A stretch of DNA of 64,000 nt from Trichoplax adhaerens. Taxonomy: Eukaryota; Animalia; Placozoa. The translations under genes were made by a program, and so were the position numbers. The stretch is from NCBI RefSeq assembly GCF_000150275.1, contig NW_002060982.1, positions 118,358 to 182,357 of the forward strand, given 5' to 3'. The notes under the pieces were generated by a model. The model worked only from the letters and a program-made list of their open reading frames with translations. It did not search any database and had not been told where the DNA came from. Below, piece after piece: positions 24,315 to 36,983 of the stretch. How positions within the stretch are numbered: position 1 is the first letter of the stretch; every line of letters starts with the position of its first letter.

Positions 24315-27300
24315 AATTAAATCATCAATTTGCATTAACTCACTAGAAAATAGAGTATTTTGGAATCACTAGTAGGCTTAACTTCGACTATAAACGGTCA
24401 CATACGATTATGATTAAGTACCATCTCTAATTTTACAACTTTTTGATGCAGTTAGTAGTCGAGTAGTAAAAAAATAAGAAATATCCATCTGCATTTCATT
24501 CTCATTTTGATAGCCATAGTCGTACCTTGGCCATATTTCATCTATTAGATAAAGTAGAATGTTTAAGAGGCTAAAATTTTGTCTCTGCCTTATCCATTAA
24601 TTTACTAACCATTGTGATTATCAAAAGTATGCTATTTGAAGATAGATCAACAGAAATATTGCCATGACTATTTTCTCTATATAGCTACCGAATTCACTCT
24701 ATCTACGGATATAATTAACAATCCCCTATGAACAGTAATGATCAAGCATGATATCATATCATTTACATTTTTCGTTGTTGTGAGTCTTTACCTAATTCAT
24801 TAAAAGTGTTTCTCCTGATCTTACTGAGTATAACTTATTATCATTGAAAATATGGCTTCAACTATGTAGCAGCTATTATAGTTCGAGTTTTAACACAAGG
24901 GATTTGTATAAAATTAGGACACTATACAATAAAGGAATATCTGAATAATCGATACTAAAGGCTTCGTTCCTCAAAATCTAATAAGATAATAATTCGAATT
25001 AATACATCTGAAATAAGTTCTCGAGCAAGCGTGGCGGAACGAACGAGACAAACATATCAGCAAAGCATAAAACTTTATTGATACTTATAAGCGCGAACTA
25101 ATGTAATACGACAGCAACGCTCATATATATATAATCTATCATAGAATATTATAGAACTTATTCATAGTTATTATTATATACATCGAATGAGTATTCTACA
25201 AGATTCTACATGCATATGAGGTTTGAATACATATACATTTAAGACTGACCCATAAGAAGTCACTTTACTAATATTATGGCAAGATCGATATAATTTTTAA
25301 ATCTCGCGTCAGTGAAGATGAACCATAGATTAATCTTAGATTAGGGTTCAAGAAGCACGATCAAATTTGTACAATAATGAATGCAATGACTCTAACTGAT
25401 AGTCTATACTGACTGGAGTTAAATCGCGTTAATAATAAATAAGATCAAGCGTAAAATCGTAAGTAAATAATATCCATTCAGTTTGACTAGTTGCATCACG
25501 TAGTTTGACTTGTGATCTTTGATTGTAATTGATCAGGAATTTTTAAACATATTTCGTCTATTGAAATTATTTACAGTCTGAACCTTAAATTGAATAAAAG
25601 CTATCTTTTTGTGACATTACTGAAGGTCTAAAATGTCGTCTATTTATTTTAAGACTTCATAAGATGTTAGTCTGATATATCAAATTATTAGTAAAGATGC
25701 CTATTAGGGTAGATGCAGTAAATGTGGATAGATACTTATTTTTACATACGATTATTAAAATCGACCTTCAACACTTTAAAACAATATTTTTTGTTTTTAC
25801 AACATGTCAAAATGGATTTTTATAACATCAACGATATCATATACTACTTCTGACATCTGATAGAAGTTGGGCAGCCAGTTAAAAAGTTCCAAGAACTCAG
25901 TTGGAATCAAATTCAGCTGATCTAATTCACACAACCCGTATAATAAGCAGTAAGCTGATTGTTTACATTAGTACATTATCTGGTTGTTTTAAATGATACC
26001 ATATCCAATCTTAATTCTTACAAATAAAGTGACTAAATCAATCGTTCTTCTATATTCGTTATTTTGATTACGGTGATTAGGTCGGTTATTATTTTTATTT
26101 TCACTTACAATAATGATCAAGAATATCTTAAAAAAAATAAATAAGGGTAACGGTATAGTAAATGACAGTTTCTTATAATCATTTAACGAAGTATCACAAT
26201 CCTGTAGGTATTCTAAGCCTGCTTCAATAACTTTGGAATCGTTTATTAAGGAAAGATATCATATAAATTCTTGAAGAGAGTCTCAATATATGTTGATAAG
26301 ATACATATAAACTCCACAGAATGTTCTCGATCTTCATTTTGTACATAGCTATCAGAATTTTATGATAATTGAAAGTAATAAATCGATATTGACGTCTTTG
26401 ATGATAATAACCCTTATTATTAGTATAAAATCCTGTGCTAAAATCACTTAGTTTATGATTTAGCTTCTAATTAAGAAAGAATAAGCTTGATCAGGTGCAG
26501 GAGAAATATGTGGACCATTTGAATTGATATTGTTGAAGTTAATGTTTCTTCGATAAAGAAACAGTAAGTGATTAATCGAACTGTAATTACATAGTATCAG
26601 TAACGTAATTTTAAATTCATTTTTACTATTAATATAATTATCCGTGCTTTCGATTCTGTAATTAGTTTAAAACTTATTCATGCTACACCGATTAAAGACT
26701 AGGCTAACGAATTAATTTCAACAAAAAATATGTAATCAATATAAATTGAGGCTTATAATATGAAATTAAAGTTACCAGCCTAAAGCTGTGCCTATCCTCC
26801 TGGACATCCATTTACAATGCAACTCAAATCTTGAAGATTCTTATCATTAAAATATAAAAGTAACCTTATGTCTCTTCTAGCTTAAAAGAGAGCAACAAAA
26901 TCTTCTAAGAAATCAACTAATTCAGTTTCGCTACGTCAATATCGATCAGATTTACTCAGCCAATAATATAAAAATAGGCTGCTCCCTATGAAAATAAGCC
27001 TAACATCATTATTAATAATATTCTGATAGCGTTTCTAATGATCACTAGATTAAAATTACCATATTAAAGCCGCCTTGTAACAACGATTGTAAGATTAGAT
27101 TAGTTATCATTCTTTGCTATTTAAGTTAATAAGATTAGGTAAAATTGTATTTTGTGTTAACGGTAACCAGAATTCCATATTTTAAGTCTTTGTTTAGCCT
27201 TAATAGACTATAATTTAGAATAGTCTGCGAGGTTATACTCACTCTTAACAGTAAGATACATTTATACGCTAGAAGTACGGCAATTTTTGCTTTCTTCCCA

Positions 27301-30300
27301 GGACATAAGCAATAGAGTAAATTATGCCAACAAGTAGAAGTGTACCGGTAGTTAAGTAAGCATTTGAGGTCTCCTGCTAATATATCACATTTATAATACT
27401 GAGTAAATGATTTGTCTATTAATATAATGATATGAACAAATCTTAAATAGATTCACTACTTCGAGTGATAAAATTTTACACTGATATCTTCAACATAGAG
27501 AAAACGATTTTGTTCACTGAAATTGTTGCCAAAATTTGCCTTCATAATGTTATTTACCTATACTTAGCTAATTGCAATTTCCCTATGTATGCGATGTTGT
27601 AGTTAGGAGTTTTTATTCGTTTTGCAAAAAATTCTACATCTATGATACATTTCTTGGCCTTTAAAATTGTTGTAGTGACGATTGTAAGGTTCGCCAATTG
27701 TATCGTTAAAGCTAATAATGAGTGCATTTAGTTTTTGAAGAATCAACAACTATATTACCGGAGGACTATAATTGTTATTAGTTTAAATCCCCACGAGACT
27801 GTTTTTTATTGACACTCAAATTATATTGGATAATAAATATATAATGATCTTTATTATGAAAATCTCTTCGACCATCCTGCCGAGCAAGCCATTTGTATAG
27901 AATTATACTGTATTAATTTTATCTTCGATTTTAAAATCAATCGCTACCTTTGGATTGTTTCTGATTATAATTATTGCCTTATTTATTCTAGAGATACTAG
28001 TAGAAGACTTACCAAGTACAGATTATTGAGGATTGAACTCGAATTCGTCCGCCGATATCAACGAGTTTACCTTTCAATCAGGTAAGAATAACAATTTTGG
28101 ATTTTTTTCACGTGTTTTGCATTCCTGGAAATACGAGCTTATATGATACTTATTATTCATATCCATCTTCGATTTGATGCCAGTTTCACATGCCCTTCTT
28201 AGTTAGTTATGTCATCAATAAAACTGATTAATGAACTTAATTTAAGTTAGTGACTTCAACGTAGATACGAATATATATTTATTTCGTTGAATGAGTTAGT
28301 TGTAGTATTTTACGAAGACATCATTTTATATTGTCTGCTGTGGTAGTGTTTAAAGTTTACTTTATTTTAATAAAAGCACTTCTAGAACGACTTAACTAAT
28401 AACCTAAGTAAAATTCGTCGTTTTTTTTTAATCTCACTTCATCTGCACTTGAGCAAATCCTATATTTTCAATAGTACTACAGTTTTTTTACTAATAATTT
28501 CTTAATAATTCTTCCTTTATCATGAAAATCTTGTCGTTGGAGTTAGTAGAAACTTAAAATTAATTTCACCGTTTAATAGTCGTTTGTAAATTGTTTCAGT
28601 GGCATTGCAACTTTATAGAGATCAACTAATTTCTTTCTCTGATGACTTTGCTTTAAACTCATTTAAGTGCTTACGATATCTATTATACCTTTGTCTATCA
28701 TACTATTCATTATTAATCGTAAGAATTTTCTAGGATAAAAATTTCTTTCCATCATAGCCCCAAGCAATTTCAGTCATCGCTTTTGATTTTGTAAAGAGAA
28801 AGATTTTATTACTAGAATGCATTCCAAGCAATATCTAGATTACAAGGTCTTATAAATAAAAGATACTAGTGAAATTATCTTTCAAAATATTTTTTGTTAT
28901 TACCACAACAAAATTTAGGCTTATCTTTATAAATTATATAATTTTACTTCCGTAATATGAATAAACAATTATTTACTTGAAGCAGTTGAAAAGCCTAGAT
29001 ATTCGGTTTCAAGTTAAATACTATAGGTAGTTACTTTGATATTCATTCTGAACTAAATTTGATATTGCTACCAACATTCTTTTAATATATTCAGCCACAA
29101 CATCTTATAGCTAGTTATATATAATTTGATAATTACTAGAACTACTCGTCTGGTGATCTAATTAATGGATGGTAGCCCTCTGCTATCATCGTATTTATAC
29201 CATCAATTGTTATCCTCTATCTAAAATTGAAGTCCACGTAATGGATCAATTTCTTAACGTGATTCAACATAGTTCATAATTTACACCAACTAATAATTTT
29301 ATAAATCTATGACATACTTGTACTTCAACGCTGAAAAAAATCATATTCCTAATATGTATATTATAATTAACACATTTCTAAAGCATCATAAAAACGCGAT
29401 TTAATACCCATCCGCGATAAAACAGTGTGATATATACCAATCACGAATTCCAAATTTTAGAAAAATAAGGGCTTTTATTGAATCTTATACAAAGATTAAC
29501 TACACAGCTCTACTATAGCCGAATACTACTACTAAAGACTTCTAGAACAAACTAACAGAATAATCTAAAGTTGCATGCTTTTATACTTTCCGTAGCATTC
29601 GCAGCTACAATCCGCATGGCAACCTTTTACCTTATTTTACACATAGTTAAATTATTCTTAGTAAGACTATTCTACTGCGGACCATCATTAATCCAATAGG
29701 GATACGACTACAGTACTTACGTAGACATTATTCACACCAGCCAAAGTACAATGAATTAACCATATCCTAATATATGATTTACAGTTCTATTTTTACCTAT
29801 AGCCATATTAGTAACTCAACAGCTTACTGTATATAGTCATCTGTACTCTAGCATAGAGTCTCTACCACTACAGTCTATAGTTACAGCTACCAAATATCTC
29901 TTAGGATAAATATCTACCGTACATTATACTACACATGGCTAACAGTCTATAATCACAATACTAAGTTACATTACAAACAGGTAAGGAACTCAATCTCACA
30001 TATCTTAAACTAGCACTTGACACTTTTCTTAGTACTTAGCTAAAGCTATGTAAACCGGAAAGTCACAAGATACAGCTATAAAGTAATCTTTTAGTGTACT
30101 TATTTTGCAAAGGCTGATAGCTACGTATAAGATGTGATCGAACTCATTGAGGCGAGTTAAATAATTAATAAGCAACGCATTTTATTTAATCGCCAATCAA
30201 TATTACATCTGATACAATACATATAGATTGCTAAAGCTCTGTAACTTTGTCGACATACACTTGTAACCTATATTATTAGCTATCATCACAATTTCAGTTA

Positions 30301-31144
30301 AAGTAACTGCGCTTCATCTTCTTTCACATCTCCTTTGCGTGTATATAAAGTTATAGCAATTTAGTCAATCATCGATAATTACGTTTAGCGATGCCTTTAA
30401 CTGATAGGCTAAATAGATGTATTGCTATTGTTCATTTTGGGAATTACTCTAATTCAGGAACTTTATTATCATTATTAATAAATTTTAAGTATATTATCTG
30501 GCACATAGCTATTATGATATTTTGGAAGATTTGGAGTTCATCATGACAACACGATATTGGAAAAGAATACTATAAGAAATGATATTATTAATAGCAATAG
30601 GTATTTAAAGAAACCTGTATTGGGTTACAGGGCAGATCAAAAATGTGATCTAGTCAAATAGATACGATGAAGTGGAGATAAATGGTTTAAATTGACCATG
30701 TTTGGTTACTAGAACTCAATAAATAAATAGATAGTTACGAATTACTTTTATAATAATATGAAACGTACAGCTAAATAGAATTGTTTACATACTATAGGTG
30801 ATGAAAGTACCGTAATTCTTAGTTAGGGTATGACTATGGTGCAATTAAACCCGATTACAAATAAAATTACGCAAGGTAGATTGTTAAATATAGAATACAT
30901 CTATTGGAATAGCGTGGTAGGTCGTAATTATAATTGACAAAGTCGTATATAGACACGAAATATTTCAAGGCAGCGTTCCTAAAATTCATGTTTGATATCT
31001 GTAAACCAGATGTATAGCAATGAAATTCTTATTTATACTATTGATCTACTGTAATCTAAGAGTAATATGATCTAAATCTTAAATTAAAGTCTATAGCCAG
31101 TGATACAATGTTAGCAACTATGAATTTTAACGGTTTACAATGAA

Positions 31145-31173
31145 TCAGCAAAGCGACGGGAGTTTGCACTAGT
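31145..31173 (+). mobile_element. Second Helitron-like 3' terminus (left hairpin arm lost)
   Basis: TCAGCAAAGCGACGGGAGTTTGCACTAG|T, 28/29 identical to the reverse complement of 897-925. Confidence 0.5.
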
Positions 31174-32076
31174 AATATATAATATATTCAAAGAATATTT
31201 AAATTTTTTAACCCTTTTCGGCCATTGATTGATTACGGTAATTGTCCATATGCCAACTTTAACGCTGATTGCATTAAAAAACCTATAAATAACACATTTA
31301 AAGATAATTCACATTTGGAATCCCATTTAAGCCATTGGCTATTTAATTTCCCGTGAGCTAAATTTGATGCAGATTGAAATAAATAGCCTAAAAATAACGT
31401 ATTTTCTAGCCTTCGTGCATACCATAGTAAATGCAAGGAAATACGTATGATAATGTATCTGCATCTATTTTCTATTAATAAGGAGTCGTATGTATTTAGT
31501 TTGTTTACGCCATTTCTGGCAATAATCTCAATCGAAATTAATGGACTAAGAAGAGAGGAAAACTGTTATCATAAAAGCTAACATCAATCTATGTTACTAT
31601 AATAGGAATATTCGGTACTCTACCTAGCAAGTTGATGTATCGTTTAATTCAAAATTGCGTTGTATTAGCGCCCGGCCTATCTTAAAAGTAAAAAATACGT
31701 AAAAAAAAAATTACTCGTAGAGTTATATATTACCTATAACTTACGGTATAAAAAGAAAGTGTCATGCCTATGATAATTTGTTATCGGTCACCTTAGCATT
31801 TTCTTATTCGCATTATTTGTGTATCCAACTGTATTACGTAGCTTTTAGCTGTGTTAATATTCTATTAAATTATTGATAAATCCTTGAGCGCATTTTAAAT
31901 TTTGATTATTGATACTGGGCATCAGTGCTCTAAGTAAACTAGGATTTCATCTTTGCTTAATCTGTGATCTTACTTATCAGTCCTGGTTTCAAAATCAAAG
32001 GCTGACAATAATTTAGAACTTGTAGAGGCAGTTTATAAATTTTTCCATAACTATGATTACTATTGTATTCAGATCA

Positions 32077-33241
32077 ATGGGGACAAATATGACTAAAATC
32101 GATAGTGAGAACCATGTCAAAAGTAAAAATGTTGTAACTGGCAATGATATCAAATCTTACTTAAATTATCAAGAACGCCAAGCAATTATTGATTCCTGGA
32201 ATGCAATCTCTACAGAAAAGCAAAAATATGGAACTATCTTATTCTTAAAGTAAGTACAATTGAAATCCTATCTTATTCCACGTCTTTGTTATCCAATTGG
32301 AATTTAATTTATAAGAGAGAAAATACAAATTCCTTGTAGATATCTTTAACCGTTTTTAATAAATTGAATTTGATGATTGATGTTACAGTTTATAAAACTA
32401 ATAAAATTTTGTAATGCCTTTTGTTGAGCATTCTATTAGTATTAATACGATACAATATTAGATTTAATCCGCTTGAAAACTCTTCTTCTTTCCATAATAG
32501 TTAGATGTTACTTATACTAGGCATTTTAATGAATCTTATTACTGCTATTAATAGTTATTATTACTTTAAAGCCATGACTCAATATTGCAAAAAAGAGGGA
32601 CAGATATTTTAGTAACTTATTTGAAAATTTTAATTATGATTTTACCGCTACCTGTGCAAGTATTTTATGCGATATCTTATTATTTCCAACTTTTAAATTG
32701 TTCTTTATATCCTGTCATTTTTCCACGTCTAACATTATAATAATTAATTTTGGATTTAGACTATTTGAATTAGAACCTAGAGTTAAAAGCCTCTTTACCA
32801 TCTTCGATTTCAATGAACCGCTGGAAGATATTATACAATCGCCTCATTTCCGTAGCCATGCCATGCGATTTATGCAATCCTTGGAAACTGGAGTTTTAAT
32901 GGGCTTTGATAAAGAAAGTTGTGATTTTTTATTTAAGTCTCTAGGAAGTCGCCATCACTTTTACGATCTTAAAAGTGAATTTCTAGATGTAAGCTAGTTA
33001 TCATCATTTTAATGAGCTAATTAATCCCGAAAGTTTTATTATCAAATTGCGGATCGAAATGATACGAAAAATTCAATTATTTTTATGACTTCGTTAGGTT
33101 ATTCCCGAGTGTATCTTGCACACAATAAAGAAAGGTTGCGGTAATAACTGGAGTAACGAAACTGCTGATGCATGGAAAATTGCAACTAAAGTTTTATGCG
33201 AGCTATTTCGGGAAGGACTAGAAACTAAGCCTAAGAAATAG
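32077..33241 (+). CDS. Globin (neuroglobin/globin-X-like, about 181 aa), 3 coding exons: 32077-32249, 32760-32988, 33098-33241
   Basis: The spliced product has the A-helix Trp (IIDSW), C2 Pro and CD1 Phe (EPRVKSLF), E7 His (FRSHAMRF), F8 His (LGSRHH) and an H-helix (ETADAWK). The GT-AG introns fall exactly at the conserved positions B12.2 (AA|GTAAGT...TTAG|A) and G7.0 (GAT|GTAAGC...TTAG|GTT). Exon 3 is missing from the ORF track. Start 32077 is preferred over 32053 because a TTCAG acceptor-like site lies between them. Confidence 0.92.
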
Positions 33242-35864
33242 ATTGAATAAATAATTTGTTGAAGCTTGTTCATGTGAATATATTCCAGCTAAATAGACTC
33301 CATAAGCTGCGGAAAATTTTCTACTTGCGATCCAATGTTTGTGGTATTGAATCTCTAAGGTTTGGTTTGTAATAAATCGATATTTCCAACAATTCATAGT
33401 CATTATACATTCCATGTCATAATTACGTTGTTGTAGTAATTATTTTTATTAATTGTAATGATTAGATAAAATTAGAAATATCATAAGTTACATTTAATAA
33501 TATCGCCAATAAAACAGAACATTATATAATAAGATTGTAACTGGGATATAATAAAAGTAATAAAATTGACAATAACGTAATTTATTTCGGAAAGCATATA
33601 GAATAAGAAAAATGAAGTGGCTTAAGAATCAGCCATGGAATGTAAATTTTATATCACTGATAATTTAACACTGCAAGTCTATACTCGAACGATGTCAGTA
33701 ATCGAAATCACTAAAGAAATTAGCAAGGAGATAACGTCGGATATTTTAGCAATTTGGTCAATTTTTATTAGAACTTAATTTTACTAGATAAAGATATTAT
33801 CCTGTAGATTGTACTGATCTATTTAAATGTAGAACATTTAGCTATCAAATTAAGCTAGATAGATGATACTAATCCCATCAAATAAGGCGATATTTGAAGG
33901 AAACATTAATCCTTGTTTGAATCTACGCATGTAATATTGCGAACAATTCAAAATATTGAAAGTGGTGTTAAGGGAACAACAAAAGTCAGTTAATGGTAGT
34001 TCATGATTTCTAAATGTTCAGATAGATTACATCCAGAATCAATTGAATTAATTAAGAACATATCTACCTCCTATATACCATAATCAAACTTATCAGAGCA
34101 CATCTAGAGAAATAATGGAGTAATAACTGGCTAACAATATCTATTAATTACAAGGCGTTACCTACTTATTATTAGCGTTAATTCACGAAATCAGAATTCA
34201 TTTAGAAACAAATTAAGAATAACAAGTGGCTTAATTTGCCAATAAAAAAATTTTATCCATTTAAAATAGTCTGAAATCTTAAGGAATTAATAATGTTATA
34301 TAGAATGTAATAAATTATACGGGAATCTCGCTGTTAATCACTATGGCCTAACTTTCTTAGAATCCCGTATATTACATAGTATGCTGAGATTTTATTCAAC
34401 TAATTCCTGGAAATGTTGAAGTAATACTTGTAAATAATCCAAAAATTTAAAGGAATCGATTTGAGAAGCCAGATGTATTAATCTTTTCTTGCAAAATTAT
34501 GCCAATACTCTCATCTCATGTAGACTAGCTTCTCCTTTACAAAGATATTGCAATCTTGCCATGCTGATGTTCGGATAAGCTAAATTTTGGTGAGATTCTT
34601 TAAAGTCCATTTCAATTTGAGATTTTTCGGCTATAATAACTGCCTGTAGGAAACATAATAATTATTTCCGAATAGATTCAGACAAGTAAACATTATAATA
34701 GCTGGTTGCATCTTCTTTTACCTACTATGATTAGCTGAAATTACCAGACAATGTTGCAATCTATGAATAACGATAAGGATTGGAGCCATTTCATCTGATA
34801 GCTTTCACGAATAGAAGCAGTATAAAGCTGTTCAGTTTTCTTGGTTATAACGTGTATATTTAGAGTTGTAAAAAAAAATTAAGCAATTATTACTAAAGAA
34901 CAACGTAATAGCAATTACAGATCCATTACTGCTCTTTTGCTAAGATTAATGCCAAAATGAAAGCTATTTATATTAACCATTCCATTTTCTCTGGATCTTG
35001 TAACTTTATTGTTGTTGATTCTACTTGTTACTTGCTACAAATTAAACGTATATATATATTATAAAATGGGACTTTTTACCTTAAATTGGAAATAGGAAAA
35101 TGTTTGATCAATTTGCTTATCCTAGTTACGAGGATATGATTGATAATAAAAGTTTAAAAAATTTTTAGCTTGACAGCAAAGATCAGATTTGTAGTGAGAA
35201 GAAATCACCTCGGTCGGATACTTTTAGAATACTTTAAACTGATGCTGATATACAGATCAAATCTTACATAACGTTAAGTATGCATTTCGCTAAAGAAAGC
35301 GAGTAATCGCTGACTTTCATAACATTATTTGAATTTGGCCGTTTAATATTGAATGAATTTTAAGGATACCATTAAATGGCATTGAGATATCGGGATAATT
35401 TAAACAGAGTAAGATTTAAATTGGATGTATAACTAGTTTTTATATTCATCTTGTCCATAAGTGCTTTGAATGTCTTACTTCAAACAGGGAATTTTCTTCG
35501 AATACTTTATAATAGTAATATCCATCCATGCAGAAGGGGAGGGCAATATCAATTTATGAAATAGGGATTACGGTATTGACTGAGCCAAAATCGGAAGTAA
35601 AACTGAATGAATTCTTCTTTCGAAATTACAAAATCAATAGCCTATTAAATATTAAATCTTTTAATTAGAATGAGAAGCACCAGCATATTCTAGGTAGTTC
35701 CTATCATACCTGTTTAATATTAATTTGCAGTGACAAGCTCTTAGAAGGGAAGTAATGGGGCTGTCAGATATTTTACGGGATAAATAATAGCTTACAAATT
35801 GGATTGGATTGAAAGATTTTGCAATAGCGAGGATTCAAATTAAAGCTAATTCAAATGCAAAGAG

Positions 35865-36983
35865 TTAGAATCGATAGCTTTCAGTTTCAGCAGCATTTGA
35901 GTTGGTTTCGACAAGACTTGAATTATTAGGTCCTAATTTAATGTGTGTTGTGCTAAAGCTGTTGTTTTGCCTAGTGTACTGTTGGACGCGTTTGCAGCAG
36001 CAAATTTTCTTGACCACACATTTAATGTCACGCTTAAAGACAACATATAATATTGGATTGATGGCTGAATTTCCCATTACGACCATTGCTGTGAAAGCGT
36101 TTATAACTAAAGGAGTTCTGCCTAACCAGCGATTCACTAGCATAACTATCGTGAAAGGCAGCCAGCATAGAACAAATGCTCCAACGATGATAGCAGTTGC
36201 TTTAGCTGCTTTCGATTCTCGTTGTTCGCTATTACAACGAGATTTTTTCATGGATTTCCGACTACTGATGGAGCTTGCTCGGCTGTCTCGTCGTATTTTC
36301 TTAGCATGAGCAGCTGCAATGCTGAAGATGGTGCCGTAAATGTAAATAAATAAAAGAATGGGGATAAAACAAACAATACATAGTGCTACAGTCATGTAGA
36401 TTTTATCATGCAACAAACCAGTGCCGTAAGCGAGTTTATCGCAAAATAATATCGGATTTGTGGTCCATGTAAATTGTGTTGAAGCGCATATACCAGCAAT
36501 TGTCCATGAAAGAATTTCTCCGATAACTGCTCGTTGTTTAGTCACTATTTGGCGATAGAAGTACGGATTTGTGATGGCGAAAAATCGATCTAAACTCACG
36601 CAGCAAAGTGATAGACTGGATGCTGAAGGTAGAAAGGCTGATAGAAACCATTCAACGATACACCAGCGAGAATCCGTCAAGCGATGAACACTTGTAATAA
36701 CAGCATAAATGGTAAATGGCATTACTAATGCTCCGACAAGAATATCGGCTGCGGCCACGTTGATGATGAAAAAATTAGTAATAGTTCGTAACTGATGATG
36801 CTTGATAATGACGATGACAACAAATAAATTACCGAAAACGGAAACTACCATAACAGTGAAGAAGTACAACAGTAAAATTAATTGCTCATATATGGTATAA
36901 ATTTTGACATTGCCAGGGGTTGTAGGTAAAATAGAAGTGGAATTCACACTATCATTGCTGACTACTAGGCTTAGATTGTCCAT
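35865..36983 (-). CDS. Rhodopsin-family (class A) GPCR, amine/adenosine-receptor-like orphan (372 aa, single coding exon)
   Basis: Seven hydrophobic segments with GN (TM1), AAAD (TM2), C3.25 and DRF (TM3), W (TM4), P (TM5), KAAK..CWLPF (TM6) and NSAINPILY (TM7). N-glycosylation sequons in the N-terminus. Possible 5'-UTR splice acceptor near 37148. Confidence 0.95.
   Translation of the reverse strand: MDNLSLVVSNDSVNSTSILPTTPGNVKIYTIYEQLILLLYFFTVMVVSVFGNLFVVIVIIKHHQLRTITNFFIINVAAADILVGALVMPFTIYAVITSVHRLTDSRWCIVEWFLSAFLPSASSLSLCCVSLDRFFAITNPYFYRQIVTKQRAVIGEILSWTIAGICASTQFTWTTNPILFCDKLAYGTGLLHDKIYMTVALCIVCFIPILLFIYIYGTIFSIAAAHAKKIRRDSRASSISSRKSMKKSRCNSEQRESKAAKATAIIVGAFVLCWLPFTIVMLVNRWLGRTPLVINAFTAMVVMGNSAINPILYVVFKRDIKCVVKKICCCKRVQQYTRQNNSFSTTHIKLGPNNSSLVETNSNAAETESYRF

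Noticed and set aside
32698-32997. 99-aa ORF as a stand-alone gene
   Set aside because: It is globin exon 2 plus flanking intron sequence.
35865-36983. Opsin assignment because of Glu at 3.28
   Set aside because: Position 7.43 is Met, not the retinal-binding Lys.
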